A stretch of DNA of 54,580 nucleotides from Chiloscyllium plagiosum (Eukaryota). Shown here piece by piece: positions 22,873-35,112 of this stretch. The stretch spans positions 4,363,137 through 4,417,716 of the forward strand of contig NC_057751.1 in NCBI RefSeq assembly GCF_004010195.1, in the 5' to 3' direction. The position numbers and the translations under genes were made by a program. The stretch's first letter is position 1. Each line of letters starts with the position of its first letter. The notes beneath the pieces were generated by a model. That model saw nothing but the letters and a program-made list of their open reading frames with translations. It searched no databases and had not been told where the DNA came from.

Positions 22873-23490
22873 TTAGAAATAGGAGCAGGAGTGGGCCATT
22901 CTGCCCTTTGAGCCTGCTTTGCCATTCAACATGGTAATGGCTGATCATTGAACTCAATACCCTAATCTCATTCCCACCCCACCCCCACCAATGTCCAAGA
23001 CATTTCTCCACATCTCGGTCCAAAAAGGTGTGTCGCTTCCCCTTAAACTATCACCATGATTCTGATTTCCCTGTTCCATTGGGAACATCCTTCCTGCTTC
23101 TGAACTGTCTAGTCCTCTTCGAATTTTAGAGATACCAATGAGGCCCTTCCTCATTCTTCTGAATCTCCAGTGAATCCAATCCTAACAGACTCAATCTCTC
23201 CTCCTGCGTCAGTCCTGACACCACAGGAATCCATTTGTTAAACCTTCGCTGTGCTCCCTCGACAGCAAGAGCATTCTTCCTCTGAGACTGAGGCCAAGGG
23301 GCACACAGTATTCCAGGGGTGGCCTCGACAATTGCAGCAAGAAATCCTTGTTCCTATACTTGAATCCTCTCACAATGAAGGCCAGCACTCTGTTCACCTT
23401 CCGTATTACCTGCTGCACCTGCCCACTTACGCCCAGACCAGGCTGAATGTTCCCCACCTCTCTCAATTGACAGCCATTCAGCAATGAGGT
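22873..23490 (-). mobile_element. Degenerate CR1-type LINE fragment (second subfamily)
   Basis: Tail ataggagcaggagtgggccattc...; ORF remnant QVQQVIRKVNRVLAFIVRGFKYRNKDFLLQL..RPPLEYCV. Confidence 0.75.
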
Positions 23491-23813
23491 GAGTGGCAGA
23501 ATGTTGTCAGCACAGTTTATCCGAGCTGTGTTTTCTGTGAGGGCAGGATGTTCAGGATCTGGTACTATGTCATCATGGCCTCAAAGATAAGGTGCCCATA
23601 GCCAGACACAAGCATAACACAATTGCATTTTTACCGTGAGGTGGAGGAGCTGTATTTTAAACAGAAATAAGAGGACGCAAAAGGAGAGTTGGCTGACGTG
23701 AACTGGCCAGTTAATTGAAAGGAATTCATGAGATTTTAAAATGAAATGCCTTCACAGGACCTGTCTGTTGCTGGCTAGATCAACATTAATTGTCTGTCTG
23801 TAGTTTGAGTTAC

Positions 23814-24445
23814 AGACTCACAGAGCACAGAAACAGACCCTTCGGTCCAACCAGTCTGTGCTGACCGGAATACCAAAATACCAAGTCTCTGCACTTGGCC
23901 CATATCCCTCCAAACATTTAGTTCTCATGAATTTATCCAAAAGCTTTTTAAATGTTGTAACTGTATCTGCATCCACCACTTCCTCTGGGAGTTCATTCCA
24001 CACAGTCTCTGTGTGAAAACAAATTCCCCCTCATGTCTTTTTAAAAATATTTCCATCCTCACGTTAAAAATATTCTCCCTAGTCCTGAAATCCCCAAACC
24101 CGGGAAAAGACACTTATCTGTTCACCCTATCCATGCCCCACATGATTTTATAAAGCTCTCGAAGGTCACCTATCAACCTCCTCCACTCCAGTGAAAACTA
24201 TCTCAGTGTTTCCAGCCTCTCCTTATAACTCAAACCCTCCAGTCTTGGCAACATCCTGGTAAATCTCTTCTGAACCCTCTCCAGCTGAATAATATTGTTC
24301 CCTTTCGCAACCAAAACTGGACAGTATTCCAGAAGAGGCCTCACCAATGTCCTGTAAAACTGCAACATGATATCCCAACTCCGACACTCAAAAGTCTGAG
24401 CAATGAAGGCAAGTGTGCTAACACCTTCTGAACTGCCCTGTCTAC
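23814..24445 (-). mobile_element. CR1/HER1 LINE 3' fragment
   Basis: FYRTLVRPLLEYC, ERVQKRFTRMLP and WNELPEEVV remnants. Confidence 0.88.
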
Positions 24446-24902
24446 AGCCATGGTGAAGTGTGGTCAGTGGGGAATCTTCCTCAGCTGCCACACAATAACC
24501 TCGACATTATGTCCGCTCGCAAAAGGAACAAGAATGAGGGGGCATAGATCTAAAGTGATGTGCACATGAAGCAGTGGCGATCTGAGCAATAACATCCTCT
24601 TGTCACACAGTGCATCGTTAGGGTCCGGAAGGGAAGCATGGTGAAGGTAGAGTCAACAGGGGCATTCATCATGGGGATTGAGGTTATATTTACAATAGTA
24701 AGGTAGTGCAGGGAGATGCGGACAAGAGGTAGGATACTGGCCCTGGATTGGACGAGGTAACACAGCTGGGATAGGCAGGATGGGCTGAACGGCCTCCTTG
24801 TGCACAGTAATGCCATGAAGAGCAAGCTGTCACCACTGAATTGCAAAGTTCAGGAAGCTTTTTCTTTCAGTGAATGGAATCACACCTTGAATTTCTCCTC
24901 AG

Positions 24903-25042
24903 GACGGCATTTGGGCTGCTCTCAGGCATTTGACGGAGCTGGACAAGAGGTGGCACACTCCTGGCAGAACAGAGCCATTCACTTTGATGATGATGAACAT
25001 TTCACAGCAGTCAACAGTAACCAGGGAATCAGCCTGCTCAGG
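24903..25042 (+). CDS. MMP21: MMP21-like exon 3 (140 nt; GRHLGCSQAFDGAGQEVAHSWQNRAIHFDDDEHFTAVNSNQGISLLR)
   Basis: Acceptor tttctcctcAG and donor AGG|GTAAGC. GRHLGC and IHFDDDEHF are MMP21-specific. Confidence 0.95.
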
Positions 25043-26368
25043 GTAAGCTGCTGGGGTCGGACGCAGGGGATTGGTGGGAAGACAGGACAGAAAGCAAGTT
25101 TGCTCACACTGCCTCTAGTCTGACACTGAGACCCCACCCTGTTCCCCCCCCCCCCCGCAGCTACTTCCCAAACCTTGTCGCAGGGGATGAAGGAAGAGGC
25201 TGAGCAGCAGAAGGTCACACTGTAAGTCTCATGGTTCAAGCCATTAATGAGCCATTGACCCCCAGTGAGCAACTCCATCCATCTCCCTGGCAACGGTCCA
25301 ACATTAATCTAGTGGGCTCCCAAACTTGGTGTCACATTTGTCCCTGAGATGAACTTCCCATTTCGTGTCCATAAATCAACTGATTACTCCCCATGTAATG
25401 TTGCTCAATCCCACGCCATCTCAACTCATCTACTGCTAAAACCCACCATCATCCCTCACTTTCCTCAGGACTGAGCACATCTTCCTGAAGAATTTCCGAC
25501 CTCTGCAGAGTCATGATGATGGCAGAAATCTGAACTGGCAGCGAGTCCTGTTTCCCTATCACCCACAGTGCTCACTGACCGATAGTGACTCCCTTCACCC
25601 AAACCATGTTTAATTTTAAAATTCACATCCATCCCATCCGTCCCGATCTCAGGCATCTCCCGCAGCCCCACATCCCTCTGGGATTACCGTACTCCTCTCA
25701 GTCTGGCCTCTGGAAAACAGTCAGGAGCCCTTCCCTGACTCACCTTCCAATGCATGGGGCTGGCCAAGGGTCAAGCGTGGAAATCTGCTGAGCTCACCGT
25801 TACTGTGCGTTCTGTGGCTCATAGTCCTACACCACAAAAATCCTTCATTGGTTGGAAAGGGTTTTTGTGAAGAATCCCAAAATCTGGAACATATTCTGAA
25901 AAAGCAAGTCTTCTTTGCTTGTTTATCCAGCAGAGTTTTGTTGACACTTCTGGTCTCCACATTATAGGGAGGACAGAGTTGCTCTCTCTCTCTGTCTCTC
26001 GAGACAGAGAACAGCAGAGATTTACAGGAATGTTGTGAGGGCTTGAAAGCTATAGATGTGAGGAAGGATTGGATAGGCTGGGGTTGTTTTACTCAGAACA
26101 GAGGAGGCTGAAGGGTGATACTTCTGAGGTGTAGAAATTATGAAGGGGCTCGATAGGGGAGACAGGAAAGACTTAGCAGAGGGGTCAACTATCAGGGGAC
26201 ATTCAGTTTTGGGGGAATCGGTTGAAGGTCGAGAGGAACTATGAGAGGTATCTGGAATTCACTGCCCAGTTTGGTGATCATGATTTGAACCTGCTGGTGT
26301 TGGACTGGGGTGTACAAAGTTAAAAATCACACAACACCAGGTTATAGTCCAACAGGTTTAATTGGAAG

Positions 26369-26403
26369 CACTAGCTTTCAGAGCGCTGCTCCTTCATCAG
26401 GTG
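26369..26403 (-). ncRNA. Minimal type I hammerhead ribozyme (family 3; element about 26280-26405)
   Basis: CAC-CUGAUGA-A-GGAGC(AGC)GCUCU-GAAAG-CUA-GUG, with a G-U wobble at the base of stem II. Confidence 0.65.
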
Positions 26404-27175
26404 GCAAACACAAAATGGTGATGGAGGTGAAAGACCTCAACCCATTGGAAAAGAGCCCGGATCTGCCTCTGAAACACTGGAATGTGGAAGGCTATAGACC
26501 AGGCTCAGAATGGGCAGCTGCCCTGTTTTCACCCCAGCCAACACAGACATGATTGGCTGAATGGTCTCTGGCTGTGGTCCGAACTGATATTTTACCAAGC
26601 CCGTGCTCAAAAAACAAATCTGACATTTCTGTCTGAACTGAACAGACCCAGCAGCATCTGTTCATCCTCACTGCTGGGGTTCGGAATTGCACCCACAATG
26701 CAAATCTCAGCAAGGTGAAAGGGCACAACCCTTGGAAGGAGATTGGACAGGGGGGGAGCTGAGGCTCATCTCTTCAAAGCAACGAAACGTAGGAAGAGAT
26801 TCAGTCAAGGAGTTCAAAATGATAAAGGGCTTGGTGGAGCCAGTTGGGAGGAAGTTGTTCTGGGAACAGTTTGCTTATCGGGGGAACCAAATCTTGGTAA
26901 TCAAAGAAAATGACAAGGTGTAGACGAACGTTTTTCCCTCCCCTCCCCGCCAGGATAAACACACTGCTGGTGATCGAGAAACCACTGTCACACGAACAGC
27001 CTCAACAGGAGCTTCCAAAAGGCCATTGTACAACTACGTAACAAACACATCTGAGGAACAGGAGAGTGGGACTCTTGAGAAGTGCTCACCTGTGCCGAGT
27101 GGTTTGTAAATTCTAAGCACAGGTTTCAAAGGTGACGTAGACTGATGTGGGTCTGTTCATTCTCCCCACTTACAG

Positions 27176-27317
27176 GTCGCTGTACATGAAGTGGGCCATG
27201 TCCTGGGCTTGCCTCACATGTACGGCATGGGCTCAATGATGCAGCCCAACTACAGCACAGAGGGCAGGGACACCGAGCTGGCCTGGACAGACAGAAAGGC
27301 CATTCAGCAACTGTATG
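27176..27317 (+). CDS. MMP21: MMP21-like exon 4 (142 nt; [47 protein letters not shown]; catalytic zinc motif and Met-turn)
   Basis: Translated by hand because it is absent from the ORF track. HExxHxxGxxH at 27185-27217; acceptor ccccacttacAG and donor G|GTAAGC. Confidence 0.96.
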
Positions 27318-28804
27318 GTAAGCAGCTAACTTGCGTCTAGGGCACCTTTGGTAAACCTGGTCCATGCTGTAGCTTCTGGGTCCAAAAATGATACTTTACA
27401 ATTGGTATTAAAAAATCGATTCTCAGTGTTCCTGCATTGCTGGTGAGACCAGTGTTCTCTGGTGCCTCCCCTCCCCAAAGGGTGACAGGACCACTACTGC
27501 CCCTGGTGGTGAAGGTTCTCCCTACAGGGGTGGGAAACCACAAGGGTCACATCACTGGGAGAGACGGCTTTGACAGGTTTAAAAAATACACAGAGGAGAC
27601 AGTCTGACACTCTCTGAGATTGGTCATGAGAAGTTCACCCCATTGGTTCAAGGGCACACAGTTTGTGATTCCCTGACCATTCAGATACAAAGGGACCGAG
27701 TGTGGAACTGTGATCTTTGAAGATTCACTGTTTGCTGGCATCTCAAAATCTTAGACATAAGAAGATGAATGTTTTTGAAAGCAGCCCAACACCACACTTT
27801 AAGTTAGTTCAGTTGACCATAGTTCCTAAATCTCACCCGCACTGATTTGGAGCTCCCTATAACTATTTGACTGATTCTCACTCAGTTAACCCCGTATTGG
27901 ATGCCACCAACGTTGCTTCTTCACCCGTGAGAATGTCTGGCATCCCTTCAGAAAAGGGCAGAACGGTTTTGGGTTCGAAGGTAGGAGGGGGAAATTGGTG
28001 ACAAAAATAAATGATGATGTGTGGGGAGCTCAATAAGTTCCCAGACTTGAAGGTTCAAGTCCACTGATCTCTGTCTCTCAACCATTTCTGGATCTGGAAT
28101 TAAAACTGATTCCCCCCACCCCAGTTCCTGAGACCACAAGATGTACAGACCATGAGATGTCAGCCATTCGGCCCATGAAGTGCGCTCAGCCATTCAATAA
28201 GATGGTGGCTAATCTGGTAAACCTCAACTCCACCTTCCTGCCTTGTCCCCAAGACTCCCAATGCCCTTCCGGATTAATGAAGGCAGGCAGATTAAATTAA
28301 AAAATCATTCCCGGCCAAGACGGTTGCTGGCTGGACAAACATTTATTGTCCAGAGGACAGTTTAGAGTCAAAGACTTTGCTGCGGGGTCTGGGGTCAAAT
28401 CCAGACTGGATAAGGATGAGAGATTTCCTTCCCTAACAGTGCACCTGAGTAATTCAGATGGGTTTTTACAACAATCATCTATCGCGCAGCTGTCCATTCC
28501 ACATTTTCACTCAGTTTGAGTTTCCTCATCTGCCTCAGGGGATTCGAGGTCGGATCTGTGGAATATTGACCTGGGGTTCTGGAATGCTACTCCAGTGACA
28601 TGACTATGATGACATGGAATGACCAGTTCTGTGGTCAAGAATTCCACACGTTGACTGCCCTCTGACAAGGAATTCCTCATCTCTCTCTAAAGATGAGAGA
28701 TCCCCCTCATTCGGGGATTATTCCCTGTGCTCCCACACGCTGGTTGTCAGAGATTTTCCTCTCCTTTCCCCCACTTGGCTTTAGTTCTCCCTTTTTGTGG
28801 ACAG

Positions 28805-29062
28805 GGGTCTGCGAGGGTCCGTTCGACACTGTGTTTGACTGGGTTCGACGTGAGAGGGGTGAGGACGGGAGGCTGGTGCTGGGCTTCAACACGTACTTCT
28901 TCCGAGGCACCTGGTACTGGATGTACGAGAATCGGAACAACCGCACGCGGTACGGTGACCCGCTGCCTATCTACAGTGGCTGGCACGGCATTCCCACTGC
29001 AAGGATCGATGCCTTCGTCCACGTCTGTACCTGGTCTAAGGACGCAGCTTACTTCTTCAAAG
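28805..29062 (+). CDS. MMP21: MMP21-like exon 5 (258 nt; hemopexin start [15 protein letters not shown]...[25 protein letters not shown]...YFFK)
   Basis: Acceptor ggacAG and donor [24 protein letters not shown] is the MMP21 hallmark. Confidence 0.95.
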
Positions 29063-29160
29063 GTAGCGGACAGTGCAAAGCAGTTGCTTGTGAATTTCAG
29101 AGTGTGCCTTCAATGTTGGCTTCCTTCACAAACTCGCTACATGCCACACACAAGCAACAT

Positions 29161-29803
29161 TGTTATGGACCAGGCCAGACTCCCTCAAAACATTTCAGCA
29201 AAGTAGCCCAGACCCTAACTTTGCTGGTTGTGTTAAGCAGGTGTAAAGTGGATATTCCAGGAGGGATGCAGCTGGTCTAACCACTTAGTTTTAAACAAAC
29301 CAGAATTTATTTACAGAGTACCAAATGAATCACAAACAAAAGAGTGTTCAGAATAAAGAATAACTTAACCTCTCCAAAAACTCAACAGATCATCTCAACT
29401 TAATGATGCTGCTCCAAATACTTGCAACAATCCCCCATAAACACCCCTTGGCACACAAGGTAAAACGAAACCCAGGGTCTCACAGGAGAGATGTCAGAGA
29501 GTGGTAAGGTCAACATGGACCTGCTTCTTTGGGTCCAGCAGCTTCTCCACACTGTTGCTAGAAACCAAACCAAACCAGAGAAAGGCTGAGCTGGGAGAAC
29601 TGGACACTCCCCTTTCATTGTACATGTGCATTTTGCTTTAAACTTGAAAGCCTTTTTCCTGAGGCAGTATCTGTTACCTATACTCAAACTGTCCCTAAAA
29701 CCTTTCAACTTAGAGTTTTCGGATTCTGTGTCTTTTACAACCTCTCTGAAAAATATCTCCAAGGACTGCATAACCTTGTTTAGGGAGCAGCTTTGTCACA
29801 ACA
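29161..29803. mobile_element. Probable solo LTR (about 640 bp) in MMP21-like intron 5
   Basis: Begins TGTTAT and ends (TC)ACAACA (TG...CA with an imperfect terminal inverted repeat); non-coding; AATAAA motifs inside; only an imperfect TSD. Confidence 0.45.
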
Positions 29804-30416
29804 CAACCAGGCAGCTTCTGAAAAAGTACTTTTTAAAACACACACAAAAGAAATTGCAAGGTGCCGAGAAACAACTTGCTTGAGTTGCTTATGTGTGTGG
29901 CAGATTGGACAAAGTATTGGTGAAAATAAGCTTGTTCCAAGGAAAAATGTCAGCAATGAACCCACCACCAGTGAATGTGTAATCAGATTTTAAATGATTG
30001 CAAGATCACGGACTCACAGAATTGATTCTGTGCAGAAGGAGGCAGTTTGGCCCATCGTCCCTGCTATCACCTCATGCCAATGTCCTGCATTTTCCCCATA
30101 TCCCTCCATATCATTGCCATCTAAATAACCATCCAATGCCCCCATTGAACATTTTCCCCCTCCCACATTTTCAGGCAGTGCATTCGATACCCTAATTAGA
30201 CTTGTTCTCACCTCACACCTGCTGGGTTTGCAGCTCACTTTCAAGATAGAAATACAAACAGACTACTTTTCTACTCACTACAGAACAGTCACAATTCAGT
30301 ATGAGGCCACTTCACCCACCATGTTCACATTGGCTCTCCGAACGAGCAGTTCTCCAAACATGATCCATTTTCCTGTCTTCACCCTATCATTGCAACCCAT
30401 CCTTCCTTCTGAAACA

Positions 30417-30729
30417 ACACGGTGGCTCAGTGGTTAGCACTGCTGCCTCACAGCATCAGGGACCTGGGTTCGACTCCAGCCTCAGGTGACTGTGCGGAGT
30501 TTGCGCATTCTCCCCGTGTCTGTGTGGGTTTCCTCCGGGTGCTCTGGGTTCCTCTCACGGTCACAAAGATGTGCAGATCAGGTGAATTGGCCATGCTAAA
30601 TTGCCCACAGTGTTAGGTGCACTAGTCAGAGAGAAATGGATCTGGGTGGGTTACTCTTCGGAGGGTCATTGTGGACTGGTTGTGCCAAAGGGCCTGTTTC
30701 CACACTGTAGGGAATCTAATCTAATCTAA
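30417..30729 (+). mobile_element. HE1-type SINE, full length
   Basis: cacggtggctcagtggttagcactgctgcctcacagc...gtagggaatctaatctaatcta. Confidence 0.9.
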
Positions 30730-30736
30730 ACCGTGG

Positions 30737-31015
30737 AATCATAGAGTAACACAGCATGGAAACAGGCCCTTCAGCCCAAACCGCTCTGTGCTGCCCAGGC
30801 AGAGAGTTCCAACTGCCCATATTTGGTCCTATCTTTCTAAACCCGTCCCATCCTCATGTACCTATCCAAATGTTTTTAAATGTGGTAATTGTACCAGCCT
30901 CCACCACTTCCTCTGGCAGACCATTCTATACACGTACCACCGTCTGTGTGAAGACGTTGCCCCTCAGGTCCTTCTTAAATTCCTCCCACCTCCTTAAACC
31001 TATGCCCTCCAGCTT
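30737..31015 (-). mobile_element. CR1/HER1 LINE 3' fragment abutting an HE1 SINE tail to tail
   Basis: catagag...gaaacaggcccttcagccc...gtaccagcctccaccacttcctctggcag. Confidence 0.8.
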
Positions 31016-31215
31016 TCAACTCCATTCAGTAACTCAATGTGCACACGTCCTGTGGCCGGAGGTTGGCCTGCTGGATGACAGAGGGAATGGGATATGCTGA
31101 CACTGATGGACAGGAAACGAGTCAGTTTTGGTGACAAGAAGAGTGCATCCCTTTTAATGTCTTTGTAAACATCGACAAACACAGGCGTTAATCATGTCAT
31201 TGCATTGTCTGGTAG

Positions 31216-31388
31216 GCACCCGCTACTGGAGATATGACAATTTCAATGACCGTGCATACACAGAGGATTCTCGGGGTGTCAGATATCCCAAGCTCATCTC
31301 CAGTGGATTCCCAGGTATTTCTGGGCCCATCAACGCAGCCTTCTTTGACAGACGTGACCAATGCATCTACTTCTTCAAGGGGAACCAG
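31216..31388 (+). CDS. MMP21: MMP21-like exon 6 (173 nt; GTRYWRYDNFNDRAYTEDSRGVRYPKLISSGFPGISGPINAAFFDRRDQCIYFFKGNQ)
   Basis: Acceptor gtctggtAG and donor CAG|GTGAGT; hemopexin repeat with YPKLISxGFPGI. Confidence 0.95.
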
Positions 31389-31909
31389 GTGAGTGTCCCT
31401 TACCCGTACAGTAATGGCATGCACACACTGCTTCCCCATCTATTGTCAGGGAAGGTGACCTCTCCTTCCATTTCTATTCCGAAGCTGTTTGCTAAATTCC
31501 CAGAAAGCTTAGTATGGATTGTGCCGACACTTCTGTGTCATCCTTGTGACCGAGTAATTATTTCGGGAAAATAAATTTTGTTTGCATTGAGGGTGCATGT
31601 GTGTTTTTCACATTCCAAGCAACAGACTGAGCTGGGTGAAATCCCAGCTGACCCGTATGCTATGTTCAAAGTGCAGCAGACAGCACACGTGTCAATGTGT
31701 ACCAATAGAGATCTCCATCCAAAGAAAAAACAAATAGCAACCCAAGAGATACGATTACGTGGACCGGTGGAAGACAATTCAGAAAACCCTTTCCCCATCC
31801 TTTCAGCTGATGGTGCTGAGGTCAAGGAAGAAGCAGCTAACACAATTCCCACAATGCAGCACCACCTGGCCTTGGGCTGAGAGGCAGCAGGGAGTATTCA
31901 TGCATACCA

Positions 31910-34320
31910 ATAAGACCATAAGATATAGGAGCAGAATGAGGCCTTTCGGCCCATCGAGTTTGCTTCATCATTCCATCATGGCCGATAACTTTCTCAACCC
32001 CATTATCCTGCTTTCTCCCCAAATCCCTTGAACCCCTTACACATCAGGAACCTCTCTATCTCTGACTAAATACAGACTTGGCCTCCACATCCCTCTGTGG
32101 CAATGAGTCCCACAGATTCCCCACCCTCTGGCTGAAGAAATTTCCCCTCATCTCGGTTTAAAAGGGTGGTCCCTTCATTCTGAGGCTGTGCCATTGGGTA
32201 CCAGTCTCCGCTACTGGTGGAAACATCTCCACATTCACTCTCTCTCGGCCTCTCAGTATCCTGTCAGTTTCCATCAGAAGCCATCCCTTCCTTCTGAACA
32301 CCAGGAAGTGCAGAGTCAAAACGTGTGGTGCTGGAAAAGCACAGGCGGTCAGGCAGCATCTGAGGAGCAGGAGAGTCAACATTTCAGATAGGTGGGAAGG
32401 AAGATGGACAGGTAGGGCAGGTCATGAGGGTGGTGCTGGGTTGGAGAGTTGGATCTGGGATGAGGTGGGGGAGGGGAGATGAGGAAACTGGTGAAATTGG
32501 CATTGATCCCATGCGGTTGGAGGGTCCCAAGGTCGAAGATAAGGCGTTCTTCCTCCAGGTGTCAGGTGGCTTAGATTGGGCAGTGGAGGAGGCCCAGGAC
32601 TTGCATGTACTTGGGTGAGTGGGAGGGAGAGTTGAAGTGGCCAGCCACAGGGCAGTGTGGTTGTTTGGTGCGTGTGTCCCAGAGATATTCCCTGAAACAT
32701 TCCATGAGTTGGCATCCTGTCTCCCCAATGTAGAGGAGACCACAAGAGAGCAACAGACACAGTAGATGAGGTGTTTCGATGTGCGGGAAAATCCCAGCCA
32801 AATGTGGAAAGATCCTTCCGTTCCTCCTTTCCTCCCCATCCTGGACCTCCCCATCTCCATTTCCATCAAATGACTCCTTCACCATCAAGTACAGACCTAG
32901 AGTCCTCAATCACTCTTCATCTGACAAGCCCCTCCTCCCTGGGATCATTTCCTCTGGACTCGCTCCAATGAGAGGACATTCATCCTTTGATGCATGATCT
33001 AAAATTGTTAACAATGTTCCAAACGTGGTCTGACCAGAGGCTTATACAGGCTCGGCAGTAAATCCCTGCTCTTGTATTCCAGCCCACTTGAAACGAATGT
33101 GAACATTGCATTTGCCTTCCTAACTGCCCTGTCATAGACATTCCTTTTCTTCGGATTTGCTACCAACCTGATATTCCCAGTCCACCTGCATATTGAAGAT
33201 CCCCCATCATTGCTGTAATAGTGCCTTTCTTCCTTTGCCTTTTCTATCTCCCGATTTATTTTCTCCCCCACCTCCTGAGCACTGCTGGGAGGCTGGATAG
33301 AACTCCTAACAGGGTCTTTTAACCTTTGTGGTTCCTCAACTCTACCCCCAGGCCTTCCGACTCTGTCACTTTTTACTGTCAGTTTCATCTCATTTCTTAC
33401 TAACAAAGCAACCCCCCACCTCCCCCCCCACCACCGCCCATCTCCCTGTTCTTTTGAAAGAACATCCTTGGATATTTAGTTCACAGCCCTGATCCCCTTA
33501 CAGCCACATCTCTGTGTTACCCACAACATCGTTCCTACCAATTTCAATCTGTGCTACCCAGCTCATTTACAGTTTAAGTACAGCACCTTCAGTCCTGTGT
33601 TCAATGTCCCTGTTCTCATTCATCTTCCCCCTGTCTGTTGTCTCTGATGTTAGATTCCTGACTCTTTCCATATGCTGTCCTAGTACTGTTTTTGGTATCT
33701 TTAATAACTCCTGCTGAGCCCTCCCCCAAACTTGAACTTTTTCCACAATTTTCCATGGAAATGACATCCACTGCATCCTGAACCCCTCCCATTTAAAAGG
33801 ATCACTCTTTTGCCTCTTCCCCTCATAACCTGAATTCCTTGACTGATCAAGAATCCATCTCTGCCTTAAATATAGACAAGGGCTCTGTCCCCATAGATTT
33901 ATGTTGCACAGAGTTTCAAGACTCCCGACCCTCTCAGAAAAGAAATTGCTCATCATTTCAGTTTTAAATTGGCACCCTTTCATCCTCTCAGTATTTACCC
34001 CATCAAGCCTCATAATAATCCTCTTTGTTTCAGTGAGTTCACCTTACATTCTTCCAGACTCCAGTGAGTAGAGTCCCAACCTGTTTAATCTTTGCTCATT
34101 AGATAATCTCTCCATCCCAGGGACCATCCAAGTGAACCTTTTCTGAACTGCCTGCAATGAAATGACATCATTCCTTAAGTAATGGGATCAAAACTGCTCA
34201 CAGTACTCCAGTTGTAGTCTCACCAGCCCCTTGTGTCGTTGCAATCAGACTTCCCTCCACTTATACTCCAACCCCCTTCAAATAAGGGCCAACATCCCAT
34301 TAGCACTTCCTAATTACCTG
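31910..34320 (-). mobile_element. Cluster of degenerate CR1-type fragments (about 31910-32300, 32990-33550, 33820-34320)
   Basis: Tail ataggagcagaatgaggcctttcggccc; ORF remnants such as KANAMFTFVSSGLEYKSRD...LYKPLVRPRLEHC. Boundaries are approximate. Confidence 0.65.
32312..32800 (-). mobile_element. Degenerate Penelope-like fragment (GIY-YIG end plus 3' region)
   Basis: CGLLYIGETGCQLMECFREYL...PVAGHFNSPSHS; similar to 18065-18700. Confidence 0.85.
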
Positions 34321-34354
34321 TTGCCCATGTGCGACTTTGTGTGTTTTGTGCACA

Positions 34355-34975
34355 AAGTGCACAGTTTGTTGTCAGTAGAGTTGCAGGTAGATAGGATAGT
34401 GAAGAAGGCGTTTGGTATGCTTTCCTTTATTGGTCAGAGCTTTGAGTACAGGAGTTGGGAGGCCATGTTGCAGCTATACAGGACATTCGTCGGGTCACTG
34501 TTGAAATATTGCGTGCAATTCTGGTCTCCTCCCTATCGGAAAGATGTTGTGAAACTTGAAAGGGTTCAGAAAAGATTTACAAGGATGTTGCCAGGGTTGG
34601 AGGATTGAACTACAGGAAGAGGTTTAATAGCTGAGGGGTGACCTTATAGAGGTTTTTCAAGTCATGAGGGGCATGGTCAGGGTGAATAGTCAAGGTCTTT
34701 TCCCTAGGGTGAGGAAAGATGTTTTAGGTCAGAGGAGAAAGATTTAAAAGGGACTTGAAGGTTAACTTTTTCACACAGAGGGTGAGCTGCCAGAGGAAGT
34801 GGTGGAGGCTGGTACAATTACAGCATTTAAAAGGCATCTGGATGGGTATTTGAATAGGAAGGGTTTGGAGGGATATGGACCAAGTCCTGGCAAATGAGAC
34901 TACATTAGGTTGGGATATCTGGTCGGCATGGACGGGTTGGACCGAAGGGAAGTTTGTGTGCTATATATCTCCATG
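34355..34975 (+). mobile_element. CR1/HER1 LINE 3' fragment
   Basis: QVDRIVKKAFGMLSFIGQ...ERVQKRFTRMLPGLED remnant plus 3' UTR. Confidence 0.9.
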
Positions 34976-35112
34976 AATCCCCAAGTCCCTTTCTACAGCT
35001 TTTTTCCATTTTGGATGGAGCCTGACTGTTTGTGAATGTGGGCTTGCCATGTATCCTCACCTCCAGTATTTCTTTCATGCATATCTTTCCCAATCACTAT
35101 GGTCTCCCACAG

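Noticed and set aside
30417..30490. tRNA gene
   Set aside because: The tRNA-like head continues into the SINE body and tail shared by several copies; it is an HE1 SINE.
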